Assembly (NCBI GenBank): GCA_902597195.1
Contig: CACJWV010000001.1
Coordinates: 120-64,119, forward strand
Reading direction: 5' to 3'
Source of the DNA: an uncultured Bacteroidota bacterium
GTDB lineage: Bacteria; Bacteroidota; Bacteroidia; Flavobacteriales; BACL11
Length of the DNA stretch: 64,000 bases
Part shown: positions 50,019 through 61,950 of the stretch, piece after piece
Numbering within the stretch: position 1 is the stretch's first letter
Layout: each line of letters opens with the position of its first letter
The notes under the pieces: generated by a model
Told to the model about the DNA's origin: nothing
Databases searched by the model: none
The model's input: the letters and a program-made list of their open reading frames with translations, nothing else
Program-made: the position numbers and the translations under genes

Positions 50019-50843
50019 ATGCCAGTTAGAAAAATAAAACCAACTACTCCAGGTCAAAGACACAAACTTGTTGTTTCTTTTGATACTCTCACCAAGAACG
50101 AGCCAACAAAGAGCTTACTTAAACCAAATAAAAAAAGTGGTGGTAGAAATTCTAGAGGTAAAATGACAATTCAATATGTTGGTGGTGGTCACAAGAGAAA
50201 GTATAGAATAATTGATTTTAAAAGAGATAAAAAGAATATACCAGCTAAGGTAGATTCTATCGAATACGACCCTAATAGAACCTCTTTCATATCATTGTTA
50301 AAATATGTTGACGGAGAAAAGAGATACATAATTGCCCCTGATGGTCTTAAAGTAGGTGACGAAGTTATTTCATCTGAAAATGCTCCTATCAAAGTAGGAA
50401 ACACTTTACCATTATCTAAAATTCCATTGGGTTCAGTAATCCATAATCTTGAGCTCTATCCTGGCTCTGGAGCTAAAATTGCTAGAAGTGCTGGTTCATC
50501 TGCACAACTTATGGCTAGAGAAGGTAAGTATGCTACTATTAAGTTAGTGTCTGGTGAAGTAAGAAAAATCCTCATAACCTGCTTAGCTACTCTAGGCTCA
50601 GTTTCAAATTCAGAACATCAGCTTCAAGTATCTGGTAAAGCAGGAAGATCAAGGTGGAAAGGTAGAAGGCCAAGGGTAAGAGCCACTGTAAAAAATCCGG
50701 TTGATCACCCAATGGGTGGAGGTGAAGGTAAACATTCAGGTGGTATCCCTAGAAGCAAAAATGGTATACCAGCAAAAGGTTACAAAACAAGAAGCAAGAA
50801 AAAGAAGTCTGATATTTATATTATTGAAAGAAGAAAAAAGTAA
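50019..50843 (+). CDS. rplB: 50S ribosomal protein L2
   Basis: [15 protein letters not shown]..., [12 protein letters not shown]. Confidence 0.98.
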   Translation: MPVRKIKPTTPGQRHKLVVSFDTLTKNEPTKSLLKPNKKSGGRNSRGKMTIQYVGGGHKRKYRIIDFKRDKKNIPAKVDSIEYDPNRTSFISLLKYVDGEKRYIIAPDGLKVGDEVISSENAPIKVGNTLPLSKIPLGSVIHNLELYPGSGAKIARSAGSSAQLMAREGKYATIKLVSGEVRKILITCLATLGSVSNSEHQLQVSGKAGRSRWKGRRPRVRATVKNPVDHPMGGGEGKHSGGIPRSKNGIPAKGYKTRSKKKKSDIYIIERRKK

Positions 50844-50846
50844 AAT

Positions 50847-51113
50847 ATGGCTAGATCATTAAAAAAAGGACCTTTTGTTCATTACAAGTTACAAAGAAAA
50901 ATTGATGAATTAAATGAATCAGGAAAAAGTAGTGTAATAAAGACTTGGTCGAGAGCTTCAATGATCACTCCAGACTTTGTTGGAAAAACAATAGCAGTAC
51001 ACAATGGAAGACAATTTGTACCTGTTTATGTTACAGAAAACATGGTAGGACATAAGCTCGGTGAATTTTCACCAACTAGAACATTTAGAGGCCATTCAGG
51101 AAACAAAAAATAG
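50847..51113 (+). CDS. rpsS: 30S ribosomal protein S19
   Basis: [11 protein letters not shown]..., [24 protein letters not shown]. Confidence 0.98.
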   Translation: MARSLKKGPFVHYKLQRKIDELNESGKSSVIKTWSRASMITPDFVGKTIAVHNGRQFVPVYVTENMVGHKLGEFSPTRTFRGHSGNKK

Positions 51114-51115
51114 AC

Positions 51116-51517
51116 ATGGGAGCAAGAAAAAGAAATAAAGCACAAGAGTTAAAAAAGGTAAATAAAAATTTAGCATTTGCTAAGCTCATTAATTGTCCTA
51201 CATCTCCAAGAAAAATGAGATTAGTTGCAGATTTAGTAAGAGGTATGAATGTTGAATCAGCTTTGACTGAATTAAAATTTAATCCAAAAGAAGCTTCAAG
51301 AAGACTTGAAAAGCTGTTATTATCTGCTATATCAAATTGGGAAACTAAAAACGAGGGGAAAAGTATAGACCAAAGTGACTTATTTATCTCAGAAATAAAA
51401 GTTGATGGTGGAAGAATGCTTAAAAGAATACAACCTGCACCACAAGGAAGAGCTCACAGAATTAGGAAAAGGTCTAATCATGTGACATTAGTAATAGATT
51501 CAAGAAATAAAAAATAA
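51116..51517 (+). CDS. rplV: 50S ribosomal protein L22
   Basis: Operon position; [14 protein letters not shown]. Confidence 0.96.
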   Translation: MGARKRNKAQELKKVNKNLAFAKLINCPTSPRKMRLVADLVRGMNVESALTELKFNPKEASRRLEKLLLSAISNWETKNEGKSIDQSDLFISEIKVDGGRMLKRIQPAPQGRAHRIRKRSNHVTLVIDSRNKK

Positions 51518-51520
51518 ATA

Positions 51521-52213
51521 ATGGGACAAAAAACAAATCCAATTGGAAACAGATTAGGCTTCATCAGAGGATGGGAGTCTAACTGGTATGGTGGCAAAGA
51601 TTTTGGTGATAAATTAGCTGAGGATAACAAGATTAGAGACTATTTAAAAGTTAGATTGTCGAAGGCTAGTGTTTCAAAAATTGCAATTGAAAGAACTTTG
51701 AAGTTAATAACCATCACAATACATACTGCAAGGCCTGGTATCATCATCGGTAAAGGGGGGCAAGAAGTTGAAACTTTGAAAGAAGAACTAAAAAAGATTA
51801 CTAAAAAAGATATTCAAATCAATATTTTTGAGATCAAAAGACCTGAGCTTGAAGCAACATTAGTTGCAGAAAATATTTCTAGACAAATTGAGGGTAGAGT
51901 CTCTTACAAAAGAGCAATAAAAATGGCTATCGCTTCAACTATGAGAATGGGAGCTGAAGGAATTAAAGTTTTAATTTCAGGCAGATTAAACGGAGCAGAA
52001 ATGGCCAGATCCGAGATGTATAAAGACGGAAGAACTCCCCTTCATACTTTTAGAGCAGATATTGATTACTCAATTTCAGAAGCCAGTACCACATATGGAA
52101 AAATTGGAGTTAAAGTTTGGATTTGTAGAGGAGAAGTATATGGAAAAAGAGATTTAATGTTACATTTTAAAACTCCTAATAAAAAAGAATCAAAATTTAA
52201 TAGAAGAAAGTAA
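51521..52213 (+). CDS. rpsC: 30S ribosomal protein S3
   Basis: [13 protein letters not shown]..., KH domain GKGGQEVE. Confidence 0.98.
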   Translation: MGQKTNPIGNRLGFIRGWESNWYGGKDFGDKLAEDNKIRDYLKVRLSKASVSKIAIERTLKLITITIHTARPGIIIGKGGQEVETLKEELKKITKKDIQINIFEIKRPELEATLVAENISRQIEGRVSYKRAIKMAIASTMRMGAEGIKVLISGRLNGAEMARSEMYKDGRTPLHTFRADIDYSISEASTTYGKIGVKVWICRGEVYGKRDLMLHFKTPNKKESKFNRRK

Positions 52214-52215
52214 TT

Positions 52216-52635
52216 ATGTTACAGCCAAAAAAGACAAAATATAGAAAAATGCAAAAAGGCAAAATGAAAGGTAATGCTGGTAGAGGGACAACTCTTGCGT
52301 TTGGCTCTTTTGGAATAAAAGCTTTGGATGAGTGCTGGATAACAGCCAGACAAATCGAAGCTGCGCGTATAGCTGTTACAAGATACATGAAAAGACAAGG
52401 ACAAGTTTGGATTAGAATCTTTCCTGATAAGCCAATTACAAAAAAGCCTGCTGAGGTCAGAATGGGTAAAGGAAAAGGTTCTCCAGAATATTGGGCTGCG
52501 ACAGTTAAGCCAGGAAGAGTTTTGTTTGAATGTGAAGGTGTTGACTTTGAAACAGCAAAGGAAGCTTTAAGATTAGCTGCTCAAAAGCTTCCAATTAAAA
52601 CAAAATTTATAGTAAGTAGAGAATTTATAAAGTAA
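52216..52635 (+). CDS. rplP: 50S ribosomal protein L16
   Basis: [11 protein letters not shown]..., RMGKGKG. Confidence 0.98.
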   Translation: MLQPKKTKYRKMQKGKMKGNAGRGTTLAFGSFGIKALDECWITARQIEAARIAVTRYMKRQGQVWIRIFPDKPITKKPAEVRMGKGKGSPEYWAATVKPGRVLFECEGVDFETAKEALRLAAQKLPIKTKFIVSREFIK

Positions 52636-52636
52636 T

Positions 52637-52840
52637 ATGAAAGCGAAAGTGTTAAAAGAAATGCCAATAAATGAACTAAACGATTTACTAGTTAGTGAAA
52701 AGGATAAACTTATTAGTTTGAAACTAAGCCACAGTGTTTCGCCATTAGAGAATCCTCAACAAATTAAATTTATTCGTAGAAATATTGCAAGAATATTGAC
52801 AGAGTTGGGTTCTAGGCAAAAAAGTAATAAAGAAAATTAA
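52637..52840 (+). CDS. rpmC: 50S ribosomal protein L29
   Basis: Operon position between rplP and rpsQ; 67 aa. Confidence 0.93.
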   Translation: MKAKVLKEMPINELNDLLVSEKDKLISLKLSHSVSPLENPQQIKFIRRNIARILTELGSRQKSNKEN

Positions 52841-52843
52841 TCT

Positions 52844-53101
52844 ATGACAGAAAGAAATTTAAGAAAAGAAAGAATTGGGCTTGTAACTAGTAACAAGATG
52901 GATAAATCTATCGTTGTTTCGATACAAAGAAGAGTAAAACATCCACTATACGGGAAGTTTGTGAAAATGACTTCCAAGTTTATAGCTCATGATAAGAACA
53001 ATGATTGTAACGAAGGAGACAAAGTAAAAATAATGGAAACAAGACCCTTAAGTAAAAGAAAAAACTGGAGGTTAGTTGAAATAATAGAAAGAGCAAAATA
53101 A
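52844..53101 (+). CDS. rpsQ: 30S ribosomal protein S17
   Basis: Operon position; [16 protein letters not shown]. Confidence 0.96.
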   Translation: MTERNLRKERIGLVTSNKMDKSIVVSIQRRVKHPLYGKFVKMTSKFIAHDKNNDCNEGDKVKIMETRPLSKRKNWRLVEIIERAK

Positions 53102-53469
53102 TGATACAGCAGGAATCAAGATTAAAAGTAGCTGACAACAGTGGAGCAAGAGAAATACTCTGCATTAGAGTCTTGGGTGGTACGAGAAAAAGATATGCTT
53201 CACTTGGAGATCAGATTGTCGGAACTGTAAAGGTTGCTACATCATCTGGAAATGTAAAAAAAGGTCAAGTAGTGAAAGCAGTTATTGTTAGAACAAAAAA
53301 AGAAAGAAGAAGAAAGGATGGATCATACATTAGATTCGATGATAATGCGTGCGTGATCATTGATGAGAATAAACAAATGAAGGGAACTAGAGTTTTTGGA
53401 CCTGTTGCACGTGAGTTAAGAGATAATGATTTTATGAAGTTGGTTTCACTAGCACCTGAAGTACTATAA
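53101..53469 (+). CDS. rplN: 50S ribosomal protein L14
   Basis: [16 protein letters not shown].... Confidence 0.98.
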   Translation: MIQQESRLKVADNSGAREILCIRVLGGTRKRYASLGDQIVGTVKVATSSGNVKKGQVVKAVIVRTKKERRRKDGSYIRFDDNACVIIDENKQMKGTRVFGPVARELRDNDFMKLVSLAPEVL

Positions 53470-53471
53470 AT

Positions 53472-53795
53472 ATGAAAAAACTTAATATTAAAAAAAATGA
53501 TACTGTTCTAGTTTTAGCTGGTTCCAGTAAAGGTAAAAGAGGAAAAGTAGTAAAGGTTTTACCAAAACTATCAAGAATTATAGTTGAAGGTGTTAATGTT
53601 GTTTCTAAGCATACTAAGCCAAATGCTGCCAATCCTGATGGAGGTATTATTAAAAAAGAACTACCAATTCATTATTCAAATGTTGCTTTAATAGATCCAA
53701 AATCTGGTAATCCTTGCAAAGTTGGAAAAAAAATGAATGAAAAATCGAAAAAGTTCGATAGGTATAATAAAAAAACAGGAGAATTCATAAGCTAA
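53472..53795 (+). CDS. rplX: 50S ribosomal protein L24
   Basis: KOW motif ([20 protein letters not shown]); operon position. Confidence 0.96.
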   Translation: MKKLNIKKNDTVLVLAGSSKGKRGKVVKVLPKLSRIIVEGVNVVSKHTKPNAANPDGGIIKKELPIHYSNVALIDPKSGNPCKVGKKMNEKSKKFDRYNKKTGEFIS

Positions 53796-54343
53796 TGGAC
53801 TATACACCTAGACTAAAGAAAAAATATAATGATGAAATAGTTTCTACTTTAAAAGGAAACTACAAATCAGTAATGCAAGTACCTAAGTTGGTTAAAATTA
53901 TAATCAATCAAGGAGTTGGAAAAGGAAGCTCTGACAAAAAGCTAATTGATTTTGCTCAAAAAGAAATTACATTAATTTCTGGACAGAAGGCAATGATAAC
54001 AAAATCTAGAAAGGATATTTCTAATTTTAAGCTGAGAAAAGGTATGCCAGTTGGTGTCAAAGTAACTCTCAGAGGAGATAGAATGTATGAATTTTTAGAT
54101 AGATTAATCACAGCAGCACTTCCAAGAGTTAGAGATTTTAAAGGAATATCTCCAAAGGGATTTGACGGTAGAGGTAATTATACTTTAGGTATTAAGGAAC
54201 AAATTGCTTTTCCTGAAATAAGTATAGATAGGGTAAATAACATTACTGGCATGGACATAACGTTTGTAACCAATGCTACATCAGATGAAGATGCAAGAAA
54301 ATTATTAACGGAGTTAGGTTTACCATTTAAAATTAAAAATTAG
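53795..54343 (+). CDS. rplE: 50S ribosomal protein L5
   Basis: Operon position; RDFKG...[14 protein letters not shown]. Confidence 0.97.
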   Translation: MDYTPRLKKKYNDEIVSTLKGNYKSVMQVPKLVKIIINQGVGKGSSDKKLIDFAQKEITLISGQKAMITKSRKDISNFKLRKGMPVGVKVTLRGDRMYEFLDRLITAALPRVRDFKGISPKGFDGRGNYTLGIKEQIAFPEISIDRVNNITGMDITFVTNATSDEDARKLLTELGLPFKIKN

Positions 54344-54347
54344 AATT

Positions 54348-54617
54348 ATGGCAAAAGAATCAATGAAAGCTCGAGAAGTAAAAAGAGAGAAGTGTGTCGA
54401 AAGATATGCTGAAAAAAGAGCAGCTTTGAAAGCAGCTGGAGATTACGTTGGATTACAAAAGCTTCCAAGAAACGCGTCACCAGTTAGAAAACATAACAGA
54501 TGTAAAATAACTGGTAGACCAAAGGGATATATGAGACAATTTGGAATTTCTAGAGTAAAATTTAGAGAAATGGCAAATTTTGGTTTAATACCTGGTGTAA
54601 AAAAAGCCAGCTGGTAA
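54348..54617 (+). CDS. rpsN: 30S ribosomal protein S14, long form without the zinc-binding Cys cluster
   Basis: [13 protein letters not shown]..., C-terminal KASW; 89 aa; no CxxC pairs. Confidence 0.96.
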   Translation: MAKESMKAREVKREKCVERYAEKRAALKAAGDYVGLQKLPRNASPVRKHNRCKITGRPKGYMRQFGISRVKFREMANFGLIPGVKKASW

Positions 54618-54628
54618 AAGATAAAAAT

Positions 54629-55027
54629 ATGATAACAGATCCAATAGCAGATTTTTTGACAAGAATTAGAAATGCTCAAATGGCAGGTCACAAAGTAGTT
54701 GATATTCCATCCTCAAATCTTAAGAAAAAAATTACTGAGATACTTTTTGATCAGGGATATATAGCTAACTACAGATTTGATGACAACTCTAACTATCAAG
54801 GAGTTATTAAAATTGCTCTAAAATATGATAAATTTAAGATTCCAGCGATTAAGAATCTCACTAGAATTAGCAAGCCGGGTTTAAGAAAATATGTTAATAA
54901 TGATAGTGTTCCTAGAGTAATTAATGGACTTGGTATTGCTATTCTTTCAACATCCAAAGGAGTTATCACAGATAAGAAAGCAAGAGAATTAAAAATTGGA
55001 GGAGAAGTCCTCTGTCATGTATATTAA
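54629..55027 (+). CDS. rpsH: 30S ribosomal protein S8
   Basis: DPIADFLTRIRNA.... Confidence 0.98.
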   Translation: MITDPIADFLTRIRNAQMAGHKVVDIPSSNLKKKITEILFDQGYIANYRFDDNSNYQGVIKIALKYDKFKIPAIKNLTRISKPGLRKYVNNDSVPRVINGLGIAILSTSKGVITDKKARELKIGGEVLCHVY

Positions 55028-55029
55028 TT

Positions 55030-55581
55030 ATGTCTAGAATAGGAAATAGTATTATAAAAATACCTGAAGGAGTTACATTAGATTTCACAAATGGTTTACT
55101 TACTACAAAAGGTAAACTTGGTGAACTCTCACTTAACATTGATAGCAATATAAATATTGATATTAGTGAACAAGAGATTAAATTAACACGCAAAAGTGAT
55201 AGTAATGAGATAAAATCTATGCATGGTCTAACAAGAGCATTGATATTCAATATGGTCACAGGTGTTTCAGAAGGATTCACAAAAAAATTAGAACTAATTG
55301 GTGTAGGATACAGAGCATCAAATCAGGGACAATTACTGGATATTTCCGTTGGTTTTTCTCACAATATTGTTTTTGAAGTACCAGACTCTGTTAAGCTAAC
55401 AACTGAAACTGAAAAAGGTAAAGCACCTATCATTACTCTTACCTCAATAAACAAGCAATTACTTGGGCATGTTGCTGCTAAGATTAGGTCTTTTAGAAAG
55501 CCTGAGCCCTATAAAGGTAAAGGAATAAGATATGTAGGTGAATATGTAAGAAAGAAAGCAGGAAAAACAGCAGCTGCGTAA
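55030..55581 (+). CDS. rplF: 50S ribosomal protein L6
   Basis: MSRIGNSIIKIPEGV...; PEPYKGKGIRY. Confidence 0.97.
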   Translation: MSRIGNSIIKIPEGVTLDFTNGLLTTKGKLGELSLNIDSNINIDISEQEIKLTRKSDSNEIKSMHGLTRALIFNMVTGVSEGFTKKLELIGVGYRASNQGQLLDISVGFSHNIVFEVPDSVKLTTETEKGKAPIITLTSINKQLLGHVAAKIRSFRKPEPYKGKGIRYVGEYVRKKAGKTAAA

Positions 55582-55593
55582 AAATATGATATT

Positions 55594-55947
55594 ATGAAAT
55601 TAAATTCTAAAAAAGATAAAAGATTAAAAATTAGAAAAAGAATTAGGTCTAAGATATTTGGAACAGAATCTGTTCCTAGGCTTGCAGTTTTTAGAAGTAA
55701 CAATGAGATATATGCACAAATAATTAATGATGACAAAGGTCATACTTTATTTTCAAGTACATCTTTAAACTTAAAAAAAGAGAAATTAACAAAAACTGAG
55801 ATAGCCAAAAGTATTGGTGCTGAAATTGCAGAAAAGGCTATTAAAAAAGGCATAAAATCAGTTGTTTTTGATAGAGGAGGCTTTATTTATCATGGGAGAA
55901 TTAAAGCATTTGCTGAATCTGCTAGAGAGAAAGGTTTAAAATTTTAA
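55594..55947 (+). CDS. rplR: 50S ribosomal protein L18
   Basis: [17 protein letters not shown]...[14 protein letters not shown]. Confidence 0.97.
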   Translation: MKLNSKKDKRLKIRKRIRSKIFGTESVPRLAVFRSNNEIYAQIINDDKGHTLFSSTSLNLKKEKLTKTEIAKSIGAEIAEKAIKKGIKSVVFDRGGFIYHGRIKAFAESAREKGLKF

Positions 55948-55949
55948 AT

Positions 55950-56474
55950 ATGAAAGATTTATTACAAAAAAGAAGAGTAAAAATTCCTGCTGACATTGAG
56001 TTAAAGGACAAACTTGTAGGTGTTCAAAGGGTAGTTAAAGTAACTAAAGGTGGAAGAGCTTTTGGATTTTCAGCTATAGTCGTAGTCGGCGATGAAAATA
56101 GCATTGTAGGAATTGGTCTTGGTAAGTCCAAAGATGTTTCTACTGCAATAGCAAAAGCCATTGATTCAGCTAAAAAGAATTTAGTTAAGCTCGCGATCTA
56201 CAAAGGTACTCTACCTCATGAGCAATTTGCAAAATTTGGAGGAGCAAAAGTACTTATAAAACCAGCTTCAAACGGAACAGGTGTTAAAGCAGGTGGAGCT
56301 ATGAGGTCAGTTTTAGAAAGTGCTGGTGTAAAGGATGTTTTAGCAAAATCTAAAGGGTCATCAAATCCACATAATTTAGTTAAGGCAACCATGTTAGCTC
56401 TACTTCAGCTAAGAGACCCTCTAACAGTTTCAAGAAATAGAGGAATAAAAATGGAAAAGGTTTTTAACGGGTAA
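55950..56474 (+). CDS. rpsE: 30S ribosomal protein S5
   Basis: [20 protein letters not shown].... Confidence 0.97.
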   Translation: MKDLLQKRRVKIPADIELKDKLVGVQRVVKVTKGGRAFGFSAIVVVGDENSIVGIGLGKSKDVSTAIAKAIDSAKKNLVKLAIYKGTLPHEQFAKFGGAKVLIKPASNGTGVKAGGAMRSVLESAGVKDVLAKSKGSSNPHNLVKATMLALLQLRDPLTVSRNRGIKMEKVFNG

Positions 56475-56478
56475 TAAA

Positions 56479-56655
56479 ATGGAAAAAATAAAAATTAAGC
56501 AAATTAGAAGTAGAATAGGCAGACCGAAAGATCAGAAAAGAACACTTGATGCTCTTGGTTTAAACAAAATGAATAAGGTAGTTGAACACAATGCCACCCC
56601 TCAAATCATGGGAATGGTAAATAAAGTTAACCACTTAATAAAAATTTTAGATTAG
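56479..56655 (+). CDS. rpmD: 50S ribosomal protein L30
   Basis: Hand translation gives [58 protein letters not shown], 58 aa. It is below the ORF-track cutoff and sits in the expected slot between rpsE and rplO. Confidence 0.92.
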   Translation: MEKIKIKQIRSRIGRPKDQKRTLDALGLNKMNKVVEHNATPQIMGMVNKVNHLIKILD

Positions 56656-56656
56656 T

Positions 56657-57112
56657 ATGGAATTACACAATTTAAAACCTGCAAATGGTTCAATAAAGAG
56701 CTCCAAAAGAATTGGTAGAGGAGAAGGTTCAAAAAAAGGAGGTACTTCTACTAGAGGGCACAAGGGGGCTAAATCTAGGTCTGGATATTCTAAAAAAAGT
56801 GGTTTTGAAGGCGGACAACAACCTCTGCAAAGAAGAGTTCCAAAATTTGGATTCAACAATATAAATAGAAAAGAATTTAAGCCTGTTAACATTGATACAA
56901 TTCAAAACCTGGTTAATAATAAAAAAATTAAAAAAGGAAAAGTTGATATACAGCTTATGATAGAAAATGGTTTAGTCCAAAAGAAAGATTTAGTGAAAAT
57001 TTTAGGAAGAGGAGAGTTGAGCTCAAAGCTAGAGATTTCAGCTCATGCATTTTCTAACAGTGCAAAAGAATCAATAGAGAAAAACGGTGGAAAAATAATT
57101 ATTATAGAATGA
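56657..57112 (+). CDS. rplO: 50S ribosomal protein L15
   Basis: LHNLKPA.GS...KRIGRG.GS..G.T..RGHKG. Confidence 0.97.
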   Translation: MELHNLKPANGSIKSSKRIGRGEGSKKGGTSTRGHKGAKSRSGYSKKSGFEGGQQPLQRRVPKFGFNNINRKEFKPVNIDTIQNLVNNKKIKKGKVDIQLMIENGLVQKKDLVKILGRGELSSKLEISAHAFSNSAKESIEKNGGKIIIIE

Positions 57113-58467
57113 ATAAAATTATTCAAACGATAAAAAATATTTGGAATATTCAGGATCTTAGGAATAGGATTCTGCTGACAATTGGATTTATTGCAATATA
57201 CAGATTTGGATCTTTTGTTGTAATACCAGGTGTTGATTCTGCTCAATTATCTGCACTGCAAGACCAAGCGTCTGATGGTTTGCTAGGACTTCTTAACTTA
57301 TTTACTGGTGGAGCCTTTTCTCAAGCTTCAATTTTTGCACTTGGAATAATGCCATATATTTCAGCCTCAATTGTTATTCAACTTTTAGGTATGGCAATCC
57401 CTTATTTCCAAAAGTTACAAAGAGAGGGAGAAAGTGGTAGAAGAAAAATTAATAGCATAACAAGATATTTAACAATTCTCATCACGGGAGGCCAAGCGCC
57501 TGGATACATCGCTAACCTTAAAGCTACTCTTCCTCAGTCAGCTTTTCTATTAAATGATATTAAGTTTCTTTGGGTTTTTGATATGTTTTGGGTCTCATCA
57601 ATAATAATTCTGGTTACTGGAACTATGTTTGTAATGTGGTTGGGAGAAAAAATTACCGACAGAGGTATAGGAAATGGAATTTCTTTACTAATTATGATTG
57701 GTATAATTGCTAGTTTTCCACAGTCTTTGACTCAAGAATTCGTATCTGCTCTTAGTAGTACTGGAGGCGGTCTTGTAGCATTTGTTGTAGAAATGTTAAT
57801 TTTATTAGTTGTAATAACAATTACAATTCTACTTGTCCAAGGCACAAGAAGAATACCTGTGCAATATGCAAAAAGAGTTGTAGGTAATAGACAATACGGA
57901 GGTGTCAGACAATTCATTCCGTTAAGGGTGAATGCTGCAGGAGTAATGCCTATAATTTTTGCTCAAGCCATAATGTTTGTGCCAATAACTATTATTGGTT
58001 TTACTGAATCAGAAGCAATGCAAGGAATAGCAGCAACTTTAACTGATTTTTCTGGTTTTTGGTATAACCTAATTTTCTTTTTTATGATTGTTGGTTTTAC
58101 ATATTTTTATACTGCAATAACAGTAAATCCCAATCAGATGGCTGATGATATGAAAAAAAATGGTGGATTCATTCCAGGAGTTAAGCCGGGACGATCCACA
58201 GCAGAATATTTAGATAATATAATGTCTAGAATAACTTTACCAGGTTCAATTTTTTTAGGAATAGTAGCAATTTTGCCTGCATTTGCAATGAAAGCTGGAG
58301 TAAACATACAATTCGCGCAATTTTATGGAGGAACATCTTTGTTAATTCTTGTAGGAGTTGTATTGGATACCTTACAACAAATTGAAAGCCATTTATTAAT
58401 GAGACACTACGACGGATTGATGGACTCAGGAAGAATTAAAGGAAAGTCTGCCGGAAGATATATGTAA
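57109..58467 (+). CDS. secY: Preprotein translocase subunit SecY
   Basis: Ten-TM protein of 452 aa; [15 protein letters not shown]; operon position. Confidence 0.97.
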   Translation: MNKIIQTIKNIWNIQDLRNRILLTIGFIAIYRFGSFVVIPGVDSAQLSALQDQASDGLLGLLNLFTGGAFSQASIFALGIMPYISASIVIQLLGMAIPYFQKLQREGESGRRKINSITRYLTILITGGQAPGYIANLKATLPQSAFLLNDIKFLWVFDMFWVSSIIILVTGTMFVMWLGEKITDRGIGNGISLLIMIGIIASFPQSLTQEFVSALSSTGGGLVAFVVEMLILLVVITITILLVQGTRRIPVQYAKRVVGNRQYGGVRQFIPLRVNAAGVMPIIFAQAIMFVPITIIGFTESEAMQGIAATLTDFSGFWYNLIFFFMIVGFTYFYTAITVNPNQMADDMKKNGGFIPGVKPGRSTAEYLDNIMSRITLPGSIFLGIVAILPAFAMKAGVNIQFAQFYGGTSLLILVGVVLDTLQQIESHLLMRHYDGLMDSGRIKGKSAGRYM

Positions 58468-58468
58468 T

Positions 58469-59242
58469 ATGATTAAAATAAAAACAGAGGAAGACATAGA
58501 ATTAATGAGAGCAAGTTCCAATTTGGTGGCTAAAACTCATGCTCACTTAGCAAGTTTTATTAAACCAGGCGTAACCCTGCTCAGCTTAGATAAAATTGCT
58601 GAGGAATTCATCAGAGATAACGGTGGTATTCCTGCTTTTAAAGGCTACAATGGTTTTCCTAACACATTGTGTATATCACCAAATGAACAAGTAGTACATG
58701 GAATTCCAAATAACACTAAAGCAAAAGATGGTGACATAATATCTATAGATTGTGGGGTTTACATGAACGGATTTTATGGTGATTCTGCATATACTTATCC
58801 GATTGGAAAAATTAGCAATGATGCTCAAAACTTGCTCGATGTGACAAAAGAGTCGCTTTACAAAGGAATTGAACATTGTATTGACGGAAATTTTATTGGT
58901 GATATTGGTTACGCCATACAAAGTTATGTTGAGTCAAATGGAATGAGTGTTGTAAGAGAATTAGTCGGACATGGAATTGGAAAAGACTTGCATGAAAGTC
59001 CAGAGGTGCCTAACTATGGAGAAAAAGGTAGAGGTGAAGTTTTAAAGGAAGGTATGGTTTTAGCTGTTGAACCCATGGTTAATTTAGGTACAAAAAATAT
59101 TTATCAACATGCTGATGGATGGACTATCACTACTGCTGATAATAAATTTTCAGCTCATTTTGAGCATACTGTTATTGTGGGAAAAAATCAGGCTGAAGTA
59201 TTAACAAGTTTTAAAAATATTGAAAGTAAACTAAATGGCTAA
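58469..59242 (+). CDS. map: Type I methionine aminopeptidase
   Basis: Metal ligands in DIISIDCG...GDSAYT...GHGIG...EP...EHT context. Confidence 0.96.
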   Translation: MIKIKTEEDIELMRASSNLVAKTHAHLASFIKPGVTLLSLDKIAEEFIRDNGGIPAFKGYNGFPNTLCISPNEQVVHGIPNNTKAKDGDIISIDCGVYMNGFYGDSAYTYPIGKISNDAQNLLDVTKESLYKGIEHCIDGNFIGDIGYAIQSYVESNGMSVVRELVGHGIGKDLHESPEVPNYGEKGRGEVLKEGMVLAVEPMVNLGTKNIYQHADGWTITTADNKFSAHFEHTVIVGKNQAEVLTSFKNIESKLNG

Positions 59243-59450
59243 ACAAGCGAACATAGAGCTAGATGGGATAATTAAACAAGCATTGTCTAACGCTATGTTT
59301 AGAGTTGAACTTGAAAATGAGCATATTGTAACTGCGCACATTTCGGGAAAAATGAGAAAATTTTACATTAGGCTTTTGCCAGGTGATAAGGTAAAGTTAG
59401 AAATGTCACCCTATGATCTGACTAAAGCTAGAATAACTTACAGATACTAA
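59235..59450 (+). CDS. infA: Translation initiation factor IF-1
   Basis: 71 aa; [51 protein letters not shown]. Confidence 0.97.
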   Translation: MAKQANIELDGIIKQALSNAMFRVELENEHIVTAHISGKMRKFYIRLLPGDKVKLEMSPYDLTKARITYRY

Positions 59451-59459
59451 ATAAAAAAT

Positions 59460-59576
59460 ATGAAAGTCAGAACATCAGTAAAAAAAAGAAGCGATGATTG
59501 CAAAATTGTCAAAAGAAAAGGAAGGTTATATGTTATTAATAAAAAAAACCCAAGGTTTAAACAAAGACAAGGATAA
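59460..59576 (+). CDS. rpmJ: 50S ribosomal protein L36, C-minus form lacking the zinc ribbon
   Basis: Hand translation gives [38 protein letters not shown], 38 aa. Its TAA overlaps the rpsM ATG (TAATG). It is below the ORF-track cutoff. Confidence 0.92.
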   Translation: MKVRTSVKKRSDDCKIVKRKGRLYVINKKNPRFKQRQG

Positions 59577-59944
59577 TGGCTAGAATTAAAGGAATAGACT
59601 TACCAAAAGAGAAAAGAGGTGTAATTGGTCTCACATACATTTATGGTATAGGTAGCACTTTTGCTAAGAACATACTTAAAAAAGCTAATGTTTCTGAGCA
59701 TAAAAAAATCAAAGATTGGTCAGATGAAGAAGCTAATAAAATTAGGGGACTAATTAATGATGAATACACTGTTGAGGGAGAGCTGAGAGCGGAAACTCAA
59801 ACAAATATCAAAAGATTAATGGATATTGGTTGTAACAGAGGAATTAGACACAGAACGGGACTGCCTTTAAGAGGTCAGAGAACGAAAAATAACTCAAGAA
59901 CGAGAAAAGGTAAAAAGAAAACAATAGCAAACAAAAAGAAATAG
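59576..59944 (+). CDS. rpsM: 30S ribosomal protein S13
   Basis: [14 protein letters not shown].... Confidence 0.98.
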   Translation: MARIKGIDLPKEKRGVIGLTYIYGIGSTFAKNILKKANVSEHKKIKDWSDEEANKIRGLINDEYTVEGELRAETQTNIKRLMDIGCNRGIRHRTGLPLRGQRTKNNSRTRKGKKKTIANKKK

Positions 59945-59945
59945 T

Positions 59946-60326
59946 ATGGCTAAATCAACTAAAAAAAATAAGGTAAAGATAGAACCAGAGGGTCAAGCAC
60001 ATATTCAGGCTTCTTTCAACAACATCATAATCTCAATAACAAACAATAAAGGGCAAGTTATTTCTTGGTCATCTGCAGGAAAAATGGGGTTCAAAGGATC
60101 TAAAAAGAATACACCATATGCTGCACAAGTTGCAGCTGAAGATTGCTCTAGAATTGCTATTGAGCTTGGATTAAAAAGAGTAAAAGTTTTTGTTAAAGGT
60201 CCTGGTGCAGGTAGAGAATCTGCGATAAGATCAATTCACAATTCTGGACTATTAGTTTCAGAAATAGTTGATGTAACACCGCTTCCACATAATGGTTGCA
60301 GACCACCAAATAAAAGAAGAGTTTAA
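59946..60326 (+). CDS. rpsK: 30S ribosomal protein S11
   Basis: [16 protein letters not shown]......SAG..GFKGSKK.TPYAAQ. Confidence 0.98.
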   Translation: MAKSTKKNKVKIEPEGQAHIQASFNNIIISITNNKGQVISWSSAGKMGFKGSKKNTPYAAQVAAEDCSRIAIELGLKRVKVFVKGPGAGRESAIRSIHNSGLLVSEIVDVTPLPHNGCRPPNKRRV

Positions 60327-60339
60327 TAAATAAAATAAT

Positions 60340-60945
60340 ATGGCAAGATATACAGGAGCAAAATCTAGAATTTCCAGAAAGTTTGGGGAGCCAATCTTTG
60401 GTAATGACAAAGCGTTGGCTAAAAAATCGTACCCGCCAGGACAGCATGGAAATTTCAAAAGAAGAGCAAAGCAATCCGAATATGGAATTCAGCTTCAAGA
60501 AAAGCAAAAAGCTAAATACCTTTATGGGATTTTAGAGAAACAATTTTCAAACTTGTTTAAAAAGGCTTTAAGAAGAAAAGGTATAACTGGAGAAATTCTA
60601 TTACAGCTTTGTGAGTTGAGATTAGATAATACCGTTTATCGATTGGGATTAGCGCCAACAAGAAGAGCTGCTAGACAATTAGTTAGTCACAAACATATTT
60701 TGTTGAACGGAGCAGTATGTAATATTCCATCATATTCGCTAGCAATTGGTGATGTTGTTTCGGTTAGGGAAAGATCTAAATCTTTAGAAGTTGTAACAGA
60801 TTCATTAAAAAATAATAGTTGTAAAGTTGATTGGTTAGAGTTGAACATTGACAATATTTCTGGAAAAGTAAATGCTTTTCCTGAAAGAGTTCAGATACCA
60901 GAAAATATTAAAGAACAGTTAATAGTTGAACTTTACTCAAAATAA
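60340..60945 (+). CDS. rpsD: 30S ribosomal protein S4
   Basis: [17 protein letters not shown]...; S4 domain [22 protein letters not shown]. Confidence 0.98.
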   Translation: MARYTGAKSRISRKFGEPIFGNDKALAKKSYPPGQHGNFKRRAKQSEYGIQLQEKQKAKYLYGILEKQFSNLFKKALRRKGITGEILLQLCELRLDNTVYRLGLAPTRRAARQLVSHKHILLNGAVCNIPSYSLAIGDVVSVRERSKSLEVVTDSLKNNSCKVDWLELNIDNISGKVNAFPERVQIPENIKEQLIVELYSK

Positions 60946-60966
60946 TAATTAAAAAATAATAATAAT

Positions 60967-61950
60967 ATGTCGATTTTAAATTTTCAAAAACCTGAAGAAG
61001 TTGTAATGATAAACAATCAAGATCATGTAGGTGATTTTGAATTTAGACCTCTAGAGCCTGGTTATGGTTTAACAGTAGGCAATGCATTAAGAAGAGTTTT
61101 ATTATCTTCTTTAGAGGGCTTTGCAATAACTTCAGTAAAAATAAAAGGTGTTGATCATGAATTTTCTTCAATTAAAGGCGTAGTTCAAGATGTTACAGAA
61201 ATTATTCTTAATCTAAAGCAGGTTAGATTTAAACAACAGATAAATGATGTCGAAGAAGAAAGTGCTACAATTGTACTAAAAAATCAAAAATCTTTCACTG
61301 CAAAAGATATCGCTAATTCATTATCAAGTTTTCAAGTATTGAATCCTGATGTTTTAATTTGTGAAATGGATTCATCTGTAAATTTTGAAATCGAAATATT
61401 TATTGAAAAAGGAAGAGGTTATGTTTCTGCTGAAGAAAATGAAAACGATGAAGCAAGCATTGGAACTATTTCGCTAGATTCAATTTTTACTCCAATCAGA
61501 AATGTCAAGTATAATATTGATAATTATAGAGTTGGACAAAAAACAGACTATGAAAAACTTAATATCACTATAGAAACCGATGGTTCAATTGATCCTAAAC
61601 AAGCTCTTACTGAAGCATCCAAAATATTAATACAACACTTTTTACTATTCTCAGATGAGAAAATCAATTTAGAAAATGAAATTTCTGATGATTTTGATGA
61701 AGATACACTCCACATGAGACAATTGTTAAAAACTGAACTGACTGATTTTGGGTTATCTGTTAGAGCATTAAATTGTTTAAAAACTGCTGAAGTATACACA
61801 CTTGGAGAATTAGTTTCATACAAAAAGTCAGATATGTTAAAATTCAGAAATTTTGGTAAGAAATCACTTTCAGAGCTTGAAGATTTAATTGAAGAGAAAG
61901 GTTTGACATTTGGTTTTGATGTATCAAAGTATAATTTAGAAAATGAATAG
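60967..61950 (+). CDS. rpoA: DNA-directed RNA polymerase subunit alpha
   Basis: [26 protein letters not shown]; C-terminal domain [10 protein letters not shown]...LGEL. Confidence 0.98.
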   Translation: MSILNFQKPEEVVMINNQDHVGDFEFRPLEPGYGLTVGNALRRVLLSSLEGFAITSVKIKGVDHEFSSIKGVVQDVTEIILNLKQVRFKQQINDVEEESATIVLKNQKSFTAKDIANSLSSFQVLNPDVLICEMDSSVNFEIEIFIEKGRGYVSAEENENDEASIGTISLDSIFTPIRNVKYNIDNYRVGQKTDYEKLNITIETDGSIDPKQALTEASKILIQHFLLFSDEKINLENEISDDFDEDTLHMRQLLKTELTDFGLSVRALNCLKTAEVYTLGELVSYKKSDMLKFRNFGKKSLSELEDLIEEKGLTFGFDVSKYNLENE

